This document shows positions 31,441 through 39,795 of a DNA stretch of 64,000 bases, one piece after another. The stretch comes from Polyangiaceae bacterium (lineage in GTDB: Bacteria > Myxococcota_A > Polyangia > Polyangiales > Polyangiaceae). The notes under the pieces are model-generated. The model worked only from the letters and a program-made list of their open reading frames with translations, was not told the origin of the DNA and ran no database searches. Location: assembly GCA_035063585.1 (NCBI GenBank), contig JAPSGB010000010.1:32001-96000 (forward strand), in the 5' to 3' direction. Made by a program: the position numbers and the translations under genes. Position 1 is the first letter of the stretch. The number at the start of each line of letters is the position of its first letter.

Positions 31441-32847
31441 TCAGGCGCTCTCGCTGATGAGCGCGCGAGCACGCTCCACGAGGCGCTCGCGCGTGTTGAG
31501 TTCGGGCTCTTCGGTGACCGCCTCGAGCAGCGCGCGGAGCAACTCGCCGAGCACCGGGCCCGGCGCGAGGCCGAGCTCGCTCATGAGCACGCGACCATCG
31601 AGCGCGAGATCGCGCACGGTCAGCGCCGCGCCCGCGGCCATCAGCCCGAGCGCGCGCTCGTGGAGCTCGCGAGAGCGCGCGAGATCGTCGTCGGCGCCGG
31701 TGCCCTTGGCGATGACATCGGCGCGATTCAGCAGGAACAGGTCGTCGAGGAGCTCCGGGGTGACGCGGCGGACCCAGCGGCGCACCGCGGCGTCGCTCCA
31801 GGACTCGTCGTACACGATGAGGTGGTGACGGACCAGCGCGACGATGCGCGCGCGCTCGTCGTTCGAGAAGCGAAGGCGGGTGAGCAACGGCTCCGCCATC
31901 TCCGCGCCGATGCGCTCGTGCTCGTAGAAGGTATAGTCCCCGGTGCGCTCGCTCTGCCCGCGGCTGCGCGGCTTGCCGACGTCGTGGAGCAAGCCGCCCA
32001 CGCGCAGTACCGGGTCGCGCGGGCACTCGTCGAGGCACGCCATGGTGTGACCCCAGACGTCGTACGCGTGGAAGCGGTTCTGCTCGCAGCCGACCGTCTC
32101 CATGAGCTCGGGCGCGGTGATCTCGAGCATGCCGTGCTCGCGCATCACCTCGAAGGCGCGGCTCGGACGCGCGGCCCGCATCGTCTTCAGCCACTCTTCG
32201 CGGATGCGCTCGGGGCTCACCTTGCGGTAGCTCGCGAGGCTCGGGCGGATGGCGGCGAGCGTCGAGGGCTCGAACTCGACCTCGAGCACCGCGCGGAAGC
32301 GTGCACCGCGGAGCACGCGCAGACCGTCTTCGGCGAACCGCGCGGCCGGATCGCCGACCGCCCGGAGCACGCGCGCCTCGAGATCCCGGATGCCGCCGAA
32401 GGGATCGATGAGCTGGTCGGCGAGCGGATCGTAGGCGATCGCGTTGATGGTGAAGTCGCGTCGCGCGAGATCTGCGACGATGTCGTCGACGAAATACACG
32501 GCGTCCGGGCGGCGGCCGTCGGAGTAGGTCGTCTCGCCGCGCAGCGTGGTCACCTCGTACCCGACCTCGCGGAGCATCACGGTCACCGTGCCGTGCTCGA
32601 TGCCGGTGGGGATCACCCGGCGAAACAGCCGCGTGACCTGCTCGGGGCGCGCGTCGGTGGCGATGTCCCAGTCATGACGCTCGAGCGGCGTCGCGCGGCC
32701 CGACCCGGCGGCTCCGGGCTCGGCGAGCAGCTCGTCGCGCACGCAGCCGCCCACCACCCACGCGCGATGACCGGCCTCGGCGAGGCGCTGACACAGTCCG
32801 CGTACGTCGCGCGGGATCTTCCGGTTCAGGCCCGAGGCGTCGATCAT
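31441..32847 (-). CDS. cca: tRNA nucleotidyltransferase (CCA/poly(A) polymerase family) with HD domain
   Basis: GGCVRD, DWDIAT, RRDFTINA, EDGLR and HDVGKP motifs; exact specificity cannot be read from sequence. Confidence 0.88.
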   Translation of the reverse strand: MIDASGLNRKIPRDVRGLCQRLAEAGHRAWVVGGCVRDELLAEPGAAGSGRATPLERHDWDIATDARPEQVTRLFRRVIPTGIEHGTVTVMLREVGYEVTTLRGETTYSDGRRPDAVYFVDDIVADLARRDFTINAIAYDPLADQLIDPFGGIRDLEARVLRAVGDPAARFAEDGLRVLRGARFRAVLEVEFEPSTLAAIRPSLASYRKVSPERIREEWLKTMRAARPSRAFEVMREHGMLEITAPELMETVGCEQNRFHAYDVWGHTMACLDECPRDPVLRVGGLLHDVGKPRSRGQSERTGDYTFYEHERIGAEMAEPLLTRLRFSNDERARIVALVRHHLIVYDESWSDAAVRRWVRRVTPELLDDLFLLNRADVIAKGTGADDDLARSRELHERALGLMAAGAALTVRDLALDGRVLMSELGLAPGPVLGELLRALLEAVTEEPELNTRERLVERARALISESA

Positions 32848-32872
32848 CCGACGCGGTGATAGCCTAGGACGC

Positions 32873-34519
32873 TCACTTCGCCCAAGGGTACACGATCTCG
32901 CCGCCGCCGACCCCCGAATGCGGCTTCGAAGGGGTCGGAGCCGGCTTGGCAGGGCCGGCCGCCGGCTTGGTGTTCCCGGGCGAGCGCTTCAGCTTCTCGA
33001 GCAGACGAGGCTTGGAGCCATCGAGCTCGAGCGTCTTCGATTCGTAGCCCTCGCGGCGGAGCTCGACCGTGACGCTTGCGCCCTTGGGGATCTCGACCAA
33101 GACCGGGCTCGGGCCCAGATCTCGGTCGCCCATGAAGGCGTGCGCGTCGATCGGCTGGATGGCGAGCGCCACCTGGATCTTCGGCTCCGGAGCGGGCGCG
33201 CTCGCGGTGGAGGCGGCGGTAGGCTCCGCGGCGCTCGGCGTGGTGAGCGGTGCAGCCGTCGCAGAGGGCGCGAGCGATGGCGCCGCGGGGCTCGTGCTCG
33301 ATTTCGCGAAGATGAAGACCACGATGAGCGCGGCGGCGCTGACGCCGACGATCCCGGAGAGCAGCGGCCACTTCGCGCGCGCAACCGGCACGCCCAGCGG
33401 GGGTGACGCCGGGACCGGCGCGGGCATGCGCGCGTCCTTCTTGAAGTAGTCCGCCGGTACGTTGAAGCCGCCCGAGCGCGCCATCAGCTCGGTGACCGCC
33501 TCTGGCACCAGCCCCTGCTCCAGCCGCTCGAGCTCGGCGAGCACCTCGTTCATCGTCTGGTAGCGCTGTTCGGGCCGCTTCGAGAGGCACTTCAGCACGA
33601 TGGCCTCGAGGCCCGGCGGGACGTCTTGCGGCTCCGGCACCAAGGCGCGGATCGGCACCGGCGCCTTGTACATGTGCTGGGTGAGGATCCCCATGAAGTT
33701 GTCGGCGTCGAACGGGAGCTTGCCGCTCGCGAGCTCGTAGACGATGACGCCGAACGAGTAGATGTCTCCGCGATAATCGACCGGCGCTCCGGCGGCTTGC
33801 TCCGGAGACATGTAGTGCGGCGTGCCGAACACGGCCCCCGCGCGGGTGAGCCTTCCCTCGCTGTGGCTCACCTTCGCGATCCCGAAATCGAGGATCTTCA
33901 CGAAGTCCTTGTCCGCGCCGCGCGCGACCAGGAAGATGTTGTCCGGCTTGAGATCGCGATGCACGATCCCGGCCTCGTGCGCGGCCGCGAGCGCCTCGCA
34001 GAGCTGGCGCGCCAGATGGGTGATGCGAGGAACCGGCAGCGCGCCGCTGCTCGCGACGACGCTGCTCAGCGCCACGCCGTCGAGGTGCTCCATGATGAAG
34101 TAGGTCGAGCCGTCGGGGAGCTGGCCGAAGTCGCTGATGTCGATGATGTGCGGGTTGCCGATGGCCGACGCCGATTTCGCCTCGTTCAAGAACCTCTCGG
34201 TGGCCTCGGAGTCACGCGCCAAATCGGCGCGGAGCACCTTCATCGCGACCTTCTTGCCGATGATCTTGTGCGTGCACTGATAGACGACCCCCATGCCGCC
34301 CTCGCCGAGCACCGCCTCGACCTTGTAGCGGCCGTCGATGACGCAGCCGAGATAGGGATCGATCACGCGGGGCGGGCCGGAGGGCTCGTCGGTGGGCTCC
34401 GCGACGTCCACGTCCGCGAGCGAACCGCTCGGCGCGACCGTGGCGAGCTTCATCCCGGTGCGCGGGGCGAGCGCGGCGCCGTTCTCATCGGGGGGGGCTT
34501 GCTGCTCGTCGTCAGCCAT
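32873..34519 (-). CDS. Membrane Ser/Thr protein kinase with PEGA-like domain
   Basis: LGEGGMGVV, HRDLKPDN, DFG and GTPHYMSPEQ motifs; TM helix. Confidence 0.95.
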   Translation of the reverse strand: MADDEQQAPPDENGAALAPRTGMKLATVAPSGSLADVDVAEPTDEPSGPPRVIDPYLGCVIDGRYKVEAVLGEGGMGVVYQCTHKIIGKKVAMKVLRADLARDSEATERFLNEAKSASAIGNPHIIDISDFGQLPDGSTYFIMEHLDGVALSSVVASSGALPVPRITHLARQLCEALAAAHEAGIVHRDLKPDNIFLVARGADKDFVKILDFGIAKVSHSEGRLTRAGAVFGTPHYMSPEQAAGAPVDYRGDIYSFGVIVYELASGKLPFDADNFMGILTQHMYKAPVPIRALVPEPQDVPPGLEAIVLKCLSKRPEQRYQTMNEVLAELERLEQGLVPEAVTELMARSGGFNVPADYFKKDARMPAPVPASPPLGVPVARAKWPLLSGIVGVSAAALIVVFIFAKSSTSPAAPSLAPSATAAPLTTPSAAEPTAASTASAPAPEPKIQVALAIQPIDAHAFMGDRDLGPSPVLVEIPKGASVTVELRREGYESKTLELDGSKPRLLEKLKRSPGNTKPAAGPAKPAPTPSKPHSGVGGGEIVYPWAK

Positions 34520-34746
34520 GGCTCTCTCGGTCAGCGGAGGTTCGAGGCGTCTCGTCTAGGGTCGGGGTCGATCCTGGCTCAGGTGGGGCGTGCGAGGAAT
34601 CAGCCTCCGGGTCGAGCACGACCCATATCCTCTGACGTCCCAGGCGGCAAAAAGCGCTTCCGCCCTCGTGCAAGATCCGCACCCGGAGCGCACTTACGAC
34701 GCGCACCAATTCCTCCGAGGTTTAACACCAGTCACGCCGCAAGCTG

Positions 34747-34759
34747 TGCAATTATTGCA
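34747..34759. promoter_or_regulatory. Palindromic putative operator TGCAAT-T-ATTGCA
   Basis: Perfect AT-rich 6-1-6 inverted repeat in the divergent intergenic region. Confidence 0.5.
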
Positions 34760-34830
34760 TAGTCGGCTGATCCGGCGTGTCACGGCGCTGGTGCCGGTCT
34801 CGCGGTGGCTCTGCTACACCCCGAGCGCCC

Positions 34831-36411
34831 ATGGGTTTCCCGGTCGAGCTCGCCCTCCGCTATATGCGCTCGCGGAAGCGGGCGTTCGTCTCGGTCGGGA
34901 CCATGTTCGCGATCATCGGCGTCTCGCTCGGGGTGGCCGCGCTCGCGACCGTGATGAGCGTGACCGGTGGGTTTCGCGCCGAGTTCCGGGACAAGGTGCT
35001 CGGCGTGAACGCGCACGTCCTGGTGCTCAAGTACTCGAGCGATTTTCGCGAGTACCGGAAGATCATGGACGAGATGAGGAAGGTCCCCGGCGTGATCGGG
35101 ATCGCTCCCTTCGTCATCAACCCGATGATGGTGACCCACGGCGCGCGCACCGCGACCGGCGTGCTGCTGAAGGGGGTCGATCCGAAGCTGATGCCGGGCG
35201 TGCTCGATCTGCCGAAGCACATCGTCGCGGGCAGCCTCGAGGGGCTCAGGCTGCCCGACGCCAAGCCGCCCGCGCGTCGTCGCGACTCGTTCCTCGACGA
35301 CGGTACGGCGCTCGGCGCCGAGCCCGCCGCTCCCAAGGACCGGAAGCCACTCTTGAAGGCCCTGAAGGACGAGCTCGACGATGAAGAGGACCCCGGAGCG
35401 GCGGCGCCGCCGAACGGAGGCGACTCCGCGGACGCCCCTCAGGGAGCCTCGCCGGAGGACGCGCCGAGCGACGCGCTCCCGCCCGACGCGCCGCGGGGCA
35501 ACGTGGTGCCCGAGGGCGGCTATCAGAGCGCGCTCCCGGGCGACGACGAGGAGTTACCCGAGGAGGTCGATCCCGATCCGTGCCGAAGCCCGGAGGCCGT
35601 GAAGAAGCTTCCCGGGATCATCATCGGCGCGACCCTGGCGAGGAACCTCGCGGCCGGGCTCGGCGACTGCGTCCAGGTGACCTCACCGACCATCGGCTAC
35701 ACCTACTCTCGAGGCTCCATTCGCGCGCCGGTGGCCAAGCAATTCCGCGTGATCGCCATCTTCGACGCCGGCTTCGATCAGTACGACTCGAAGCTCGTCT
35801 ACACCGATCTCTACGAGGCACAGGCGTTCTACGACGCCGGCGACAGCGTGACCGGCGTGGAGATGAAGGTCTCGAACATCGACGGCGCGAAGGGCATCGC
35901 GCGGGACATCGACCGGCGTCTCTCGAACGGCATCTACCACACCATGGATTGGGAAGAGCTGAACCATGGGCTCTTCACCGCGCTCCGCATCCAGCAGATC
36001 ATGATGAGCCTGGTCTTGGCGCTCATCATCATCGTGGCCGCCTTCACCGTGATCGCGACCCTCATCATGGTGGTGCTCGACAAGAAGCGTGAGATCGCGG
36101 TCCTGAAGGCGATGGGCGCGACCGACACGGCGATCCTGCGCTCGTTTCTCTATCAGGGCGCCATCATCGGCGTGATCGGCGCGTTCTTCGGGCTCGCCCT
36201 GGGGATCGGCGTGTGCAAGGGCTTGCTCGTCTACGCGTTCCCGCTCGACCCGAAGGTCTATTTCATCTCGCACTTGCCGGTTCAGGTAAATTACTTCGAT
36301 TTCGCGATGGTTGGCGTCTTCGCCATCGTGGTGTGTCTGATCGCGACGGTGTGGCCGGCGATGTACGCCGCGCGTCTCCGTCCGGCCGAGGCTTTCCGCT
36401 CGCAGCAGTGA
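34831..36411 (+). CDS. LolC/E-family (FtsX/MacB) lipoprotein-releasing ABC permease with an acidic insertion
   Basis: LALRY..., IIGVSLGVAAL.TVMSV..GF, KKREIAVLKAMGA, VYFISHLP and WPA..AARLRPAEAFR motifs. Confidence 0.9.
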   Translation: MGFPVELALRYMRSRKRAFVSVGTMFAIIGVSLGVAALATVMSVTGGFRAEFRDKVLGVNAHVLVLKYSSDFREYRKIMDEMRKVPGVIGIAPFVINPMMVTHGARTATGVLLKGVDPKLMPGVLDLPKHIVAGSLEGLRLPDAKPPARRRDSFLDDGTALGAEPAAPKDRKPLLKALKDELDDEEDPGAAAPPNGGDSADAPQGASPEDAPSDALPPDAPRGNVVPEGGYQSALPGDDEELPEEVDPDPCRSPEAVKKLPGIIIGATLARNLAAGLGDCVQVTSPTIGYTYSRGSIRAPVAKQFRVIAIFDAGFDQYDSKLVYTDLYEAQAFYDAGDSVTGVEMKVSNIDGAKGIARDIDRRLSNGIYHTMDWEELNHGLFTALRIQQIMMSLVLALIIIVAAFTVIATLIMVVLDKKREIAVLKAMGATDTAILRSFLYQGAIIGVIGAFFGLALGIGVCKGLLVYAFPLDPKVYFISHLPVQVNYFDFAMVGVFAIVVCLIATVWPAMYAARLRPAEAFRSQQ

Positions 36412-36412
36412 A

Positions 36413-37126
36413 TCAGCCGCGCGAGGTCGGCGACTCGGGCGGTCGCGAACGGCGCAAGAGCCCGAGCACGCGGGCCGCGAGCTCCGGCGCACGGAACGGT
36501 TTGCTCAGAAAATCGTCCGCTCCGGCGGAGAACGCCTCTTTCACGTCCGCCCGCGATGAGAGCGCGGTCAGAAATAGCACCGGTACGTGCCCGAACGGAC
36601 GCTCGCGCCGCAGGCGCTTGCAGAAGTCGACGCCGGTCATCCCCGGCAGGTTCCAGTCGAGCACGATGAGGTCGCAGGTCAGCTCGCGCAGGCGATCGAA
36701 GGCCTCCTCGGCGCTCGCAGCGGTGGCGATCTCGAAGCCGGCGCCGCGTAGCATCCGACCGATCACGTTCCGGCACTCGAGGTCGTCGTCGACGACCATC
36801 ACGCGGGTGTCGGGAGGCGCCGCGACCTCGACCGGTATCGTGAGGCTCGCCGGCGGCATGGACGGTGGCCCGTCGGCGTTGGCGAAGTCGGACAGCATGT
36901 TCCAGTCGCGCCCCTCGAGCGTGAGGCGTATCGCGCCATCGCCGCGATCGACGGCGCAAGCCGCCACGGCGATCGACTCCTCGCCGATCGTGAAGGTCGC
37001 GAGCACCCACTCGCCGTCACGGAGCCCTTCGCAGGTCGAGAGCGCGATTTCCTGCTCGCCTTCCCCAGCTTCCACCTCGAGCGAGAGCGACTCGAAGGTC
37101 TCGAACGCAAGCACTATCCCGCGCAC
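36413..37126 (-). CDS. Response regulator with a C-terminal receiver domain and an unknown N-terminal beta domain
   Basis: VMVVDDD, LDWNLPGMTG, FLTA and FLSKPF motifs; start codon approximate. Confidence 0.8.
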   Translation of the reverse strand: MRGIVLAFETFESLSLEVEAGEGEQEIALSTCEGLRDGEWVLATFTIGEESIAVAACAVDRGDGAIRLTLEGRDWNMLSDFANADGPPSMPPASLTIPVEVAAPPDTRVMVVDDDLECRNVIGRMLRGAGFEIATAASAEEAFDRLRELTCDLIVLDWNLPGMTGVDFCKRLRRERPFGHVPVLFLTALSSRADVKEAFSAGADDFLSKPFRAPELAARVLGLLRRSRPPESPTSRG

Positions 37127-37215
37127 GGCCGGCAACCTATAGCGCGCGTGCGCGCGCTTCGCCACCCCGATGACGCGGCCGACGAGCCGCTCCGTGCCGG
37201 GCGCTCGCGCTCGTC

Positions 37216-37881
37216 TCAGGGCGCGGTGCGACGGACCATCACGCCGACGCAGACGAGCGCGATGCAGAGCGCGATGAAGCTCGAGCTCCGCTGGGACAGC
37301 TCGAGGACCGGCTCGGCCCCGAGCAGGTTCCTGAGGTGTCCGCGCGGCCAGGGCAGCGCCGAAGCGGCGGCCCCCGAGCCCAGGAGCCAGTCGAGCGCGA
37401 GCGCCCACGCGCGCCCACCGCCGCGGCGCCCGAAGGTCGAGGCCGCCCCGAACCATGCGGCGTAGAGCGCTCCTGCGAGCGCGCCGAGCCCCGCCGAGAG
37501 CCGCGCGTCCGAGCCACCCGTGAGCCAGGTCGCCTCCGCGGCGAGGAGCGCGCCGGCGGTCGCCATGAGCGCCGCAGACAGCGCGAGCGCGCCGAGGGCC
37601 AGACCCCGTCGGTTCGCGCCGTGTCGCGCGAGCGCGTCGAGCGAGTCGTCGAGCCGCGCGCCGCCAGAGACGCGCTCCGAGGTCAAGTACGCGAGGAGCG
37701 GTATCGCGACGCCGAACACTGCGCCGACGAGCGCGTGATCGGTGGCCGCGCGCCCCGCGACGCGGCGCTCGAGCGCCGCGTCGAGCGCGACCAGCGCGAA
37801 CGCCACGAGCGTGGCTAGCAGCGACGACGCGCGCCGGAGCCGCGTCGCGCCGAGCGTGGCGCCGCCGAGGAACGCGCTCAC
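37216..37881 (-). CDS. Membrane protein, ABC-2 permease-like
   Basis: About six hydrophobic segments; GTGA-coupled to the upstream ABC-like gene. Confidence 0.6.
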   Translation of the reverse strand: MSAFLGGATLGATRLRRASSLLATLVAFALVALDAALERRVAGRAATDHALVGAVFGVAIPLLAYLTSERVSGGARLDDSLDALARHGANRRGLALGALALSAALMATAGALLAAEATWLTGGSDARLSAGLGALAGALYAAWFGAASTFGRRGGGRAWALALDWLLGSGAAASALPWPRGHLRNLLGAEPVLELSQRSSSFIALCIALVCVGVMVRRTAP

Positions 37882-38945
37882 GGCTCCTCCGCTCCGGTCG
37901 GCGCCGCCTGCGCCGCCGGCTCGTCACGCCCCGTCGCGACCTCGCACGCGGGAGCCGCGGCGTAGAGCGGCGCGGCCGCGGCGGGGCGTGGCCGCGCCGC
38001 CTCGACATAAGCCCGGTACGCGGCCTCGCGAGCCGCTTCCGCGAGGCCCGTCGTCGCGGCGCGCACCAGCTCGAGCTCCGGAGGCACGAGCGCGAGCGCC
38101 TCGAGCGCAGCGCCCGAGTCCCGCGCCGCGCCCATCACGGCGAGCGCGAGCGCGTCCGCGTCGGCGCCGCGGACGCGCAGCTCGTTCGGTGCGCGGAGCT
38201 CGTCCCAAGCGACGCCGTTCACCCGCGCATCGGCGATCACGAGCGCGGCGAGCTTGCGCGCGTCCGCGCTCCGCACGAGAAGCTCGCACGGCGAGCCCGG
38301 CGACAGCTCGCGCGGGAGCGCGCTCGTTGGCCTTCGCACGATGCGCCCGCGTTCGAGGAGTGAGAGCGTGCCGCCGAGCGCGTCCGCGTCGCGGGGGCTC
38401 GCGGTGAGCGAGAGCACGCAGGCGCCCTGCTCGGCGCGTGCGTCGAGCAGGGCGCGCACTGCGTTCGTGTCCACTCCCTCGAGGTTCGCGAGCGGCTCGA
38501 CGAGCACGATGAGCGCGGGGCTCGGCACCGCCAGCGCGAGCGCGAGCGCCACCGCGCGGCGCTCCTCTGGAGAGAGGGTGTCGGTTCGGCGCGGGCCCCA
38601 CGCGGCGAGGCCACACGCGGCGAGCGCTTGCTCGGCAGCAGGCGCTCCCCCGCGGCGCGGCGCGAGCGCCCGCTCCACGGCGAGCCTGACCGTGGCGCCG
38701 AGCGGGAGCGGTTCGTCCGCCAAGAGCGCGCCGATACGCCGGCGCGTCGCGGGATCGCGTCGTGGGTCGGCGCCGGCGACCCGCACCTGGCCGCGCGCGG
38801 GCGCCGAGATCCCGGCGGCGAGCTCCGCGAGCTCGGCGGTGCCATCACTCGGCGCGCCGAGCACTACCTCGTGGCCCGCGTCGAAGCTCGCGTCGAGCCC
38901 GGCGAGGAGCGCGCCCCGCACCGCCGCGAAGCCGAGCACGCTCAC
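37878..38945 (-). CDS. ABC ATP-binding-fold protein with degenerate motifs
   Basis: NBD scaffold (G...P..GQVRVAG, RRRIG, LS..ERR.VALA.AL, EP..L, LLERGRIV) with Walker A, Walker B, signature and H-loop all altered. Confidence 0.72.
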   Translation of the reverse strand: MSVLGFAAVRGALLAGLDASFDAGHEVVLGAPSDGTAELAELAAGISAPARGQVRVAGADPRRDPATRRRIGALLADEPLPLGATVRLAVERALAPRRGGAPAAEQALAACGLAAWGPRRTDTLSPEERRAVALALALAVPSPALIVLVEPLANLEGVDTNAVRALLDARAEQGACVLSLTASPRDADALGGTLSLLERGRIVRRPTSALPRELSPGSPCELLVRSADARKLAALVIADARVNGVAWDELRAPNELRVRGADADALALAVMGAARDSGAALEALALVPPELELVRAATTGLAEAAREAAYRAYVEAARPRPAAAAPLYAAAPACEVATGRDEPAAQAAPTGAEEP

Positions 38946-39592
38946 GCGACCCCCGCGCCCAGCTGGAGGAGCTGATGCGAGAGCCATCCGAACGTGTCGA
39001 TGACGCCGGGCACGCTCTCCCACAACTCGTGGGCGAGCTCGGGGCCGAGCACGAGCACCGACAGCAACCAGCGCCCGCGCTTCGGGCTCACGCTGGCCGA
39101 CCAGCGCGCGAGGCCCCCGAGCACGGCCGCGAGCAGCGCGACGTAGCCGACCACGGCGAGCAGGAGCGCGGCTCGGCGCCAGAGGAGCGGGCCGGCTCCG
39201 CTCGCCCCGAGCGCGACCCCGCACAGCACGAGCGCCGGCGTTCCGGTGACCACCGCGATTCGCCAGATGGTGGCGAGCAGACGCGCGAGCGAGAGCTCGC
39301 TCGGTCCATACCCGCGCCGGAGCGCCAGCCCCAGGACGCCGTCGGCGCGATCCTGCCCGGCGAGATCGCCGGCCGCGCCGAGCGCGGCGACCCCCGCCGC
39401 GCCGAAGCTGAGCCACGCCAAGCCGCGCAGCGCCACGGCGTCGAGCACGTCCTCGCCGCCGTGGCGGGCGACGATCGCCATGGGGAGCGCGAAGACCGGA
39501 ATGATGAGGAGCCCAACGAAGCGGGCGAAGCGCATGCTCCGGAGCGAACGCAGGCGAGCGTCCGTGAGCGCGATGAGCGAAGCGAGCCGCAC
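38942..39592 (-). CDS. Membrane protein, ABC-2 permease-like
   Basis: Hydrophobic helices; D...G.L.L...RG..P.EL.LAR pattern; GTGA coupling; start codon uncertain (TAGACT -10 at 39605-39600). Confidence 0.62.
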   Translation of the reverse strand: MRLASLIALTDARLRSLRSMRFARFVGLLIIPVFALPMAIVARHGGEDVLDAVALRGLAWLSFGAAGVAALGAAGDLAGQDRADGVLGLALRRGYGPSELSLARLLATIWRIAVVTGTPALVLCGVALGASGAGPLLWRRAALLLAVVGYVALLAAVLGGLARWSASVSPKRGRWLLSVLVLGPELAHELWESVPGVIDTFGWLSHQLLQLGAGVA

Positions 39593-39795
39593 CTGAGTGA
39601 GTCTATGTGCGATAGAAGGACGAGACACGAGCGATTCGGCCGCGTGGTTCGGTCTCGCGCGAGCATAGCCCGCCTCATCGGCGCGCGGCGCCCCGTTCGA
39701 CTCCACGGGCGGCCTCGGTTCGGCTACACTGAGGAGGAGCTCGCTCGCGCGGCGCGTCGCGTGTTCCGAGCGGACGTCGAGTCAGAGGAGGCCGC

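Noticed and set aside
34570..34583. GATCCTGGCTCAGG, identical to part of the 16S rRNA 5' (27F primer) region
   Set aside because: Only 14 nt; the flanks do not continue as 16S and the intergenic space is only about 310 nt, so this is a chance match.
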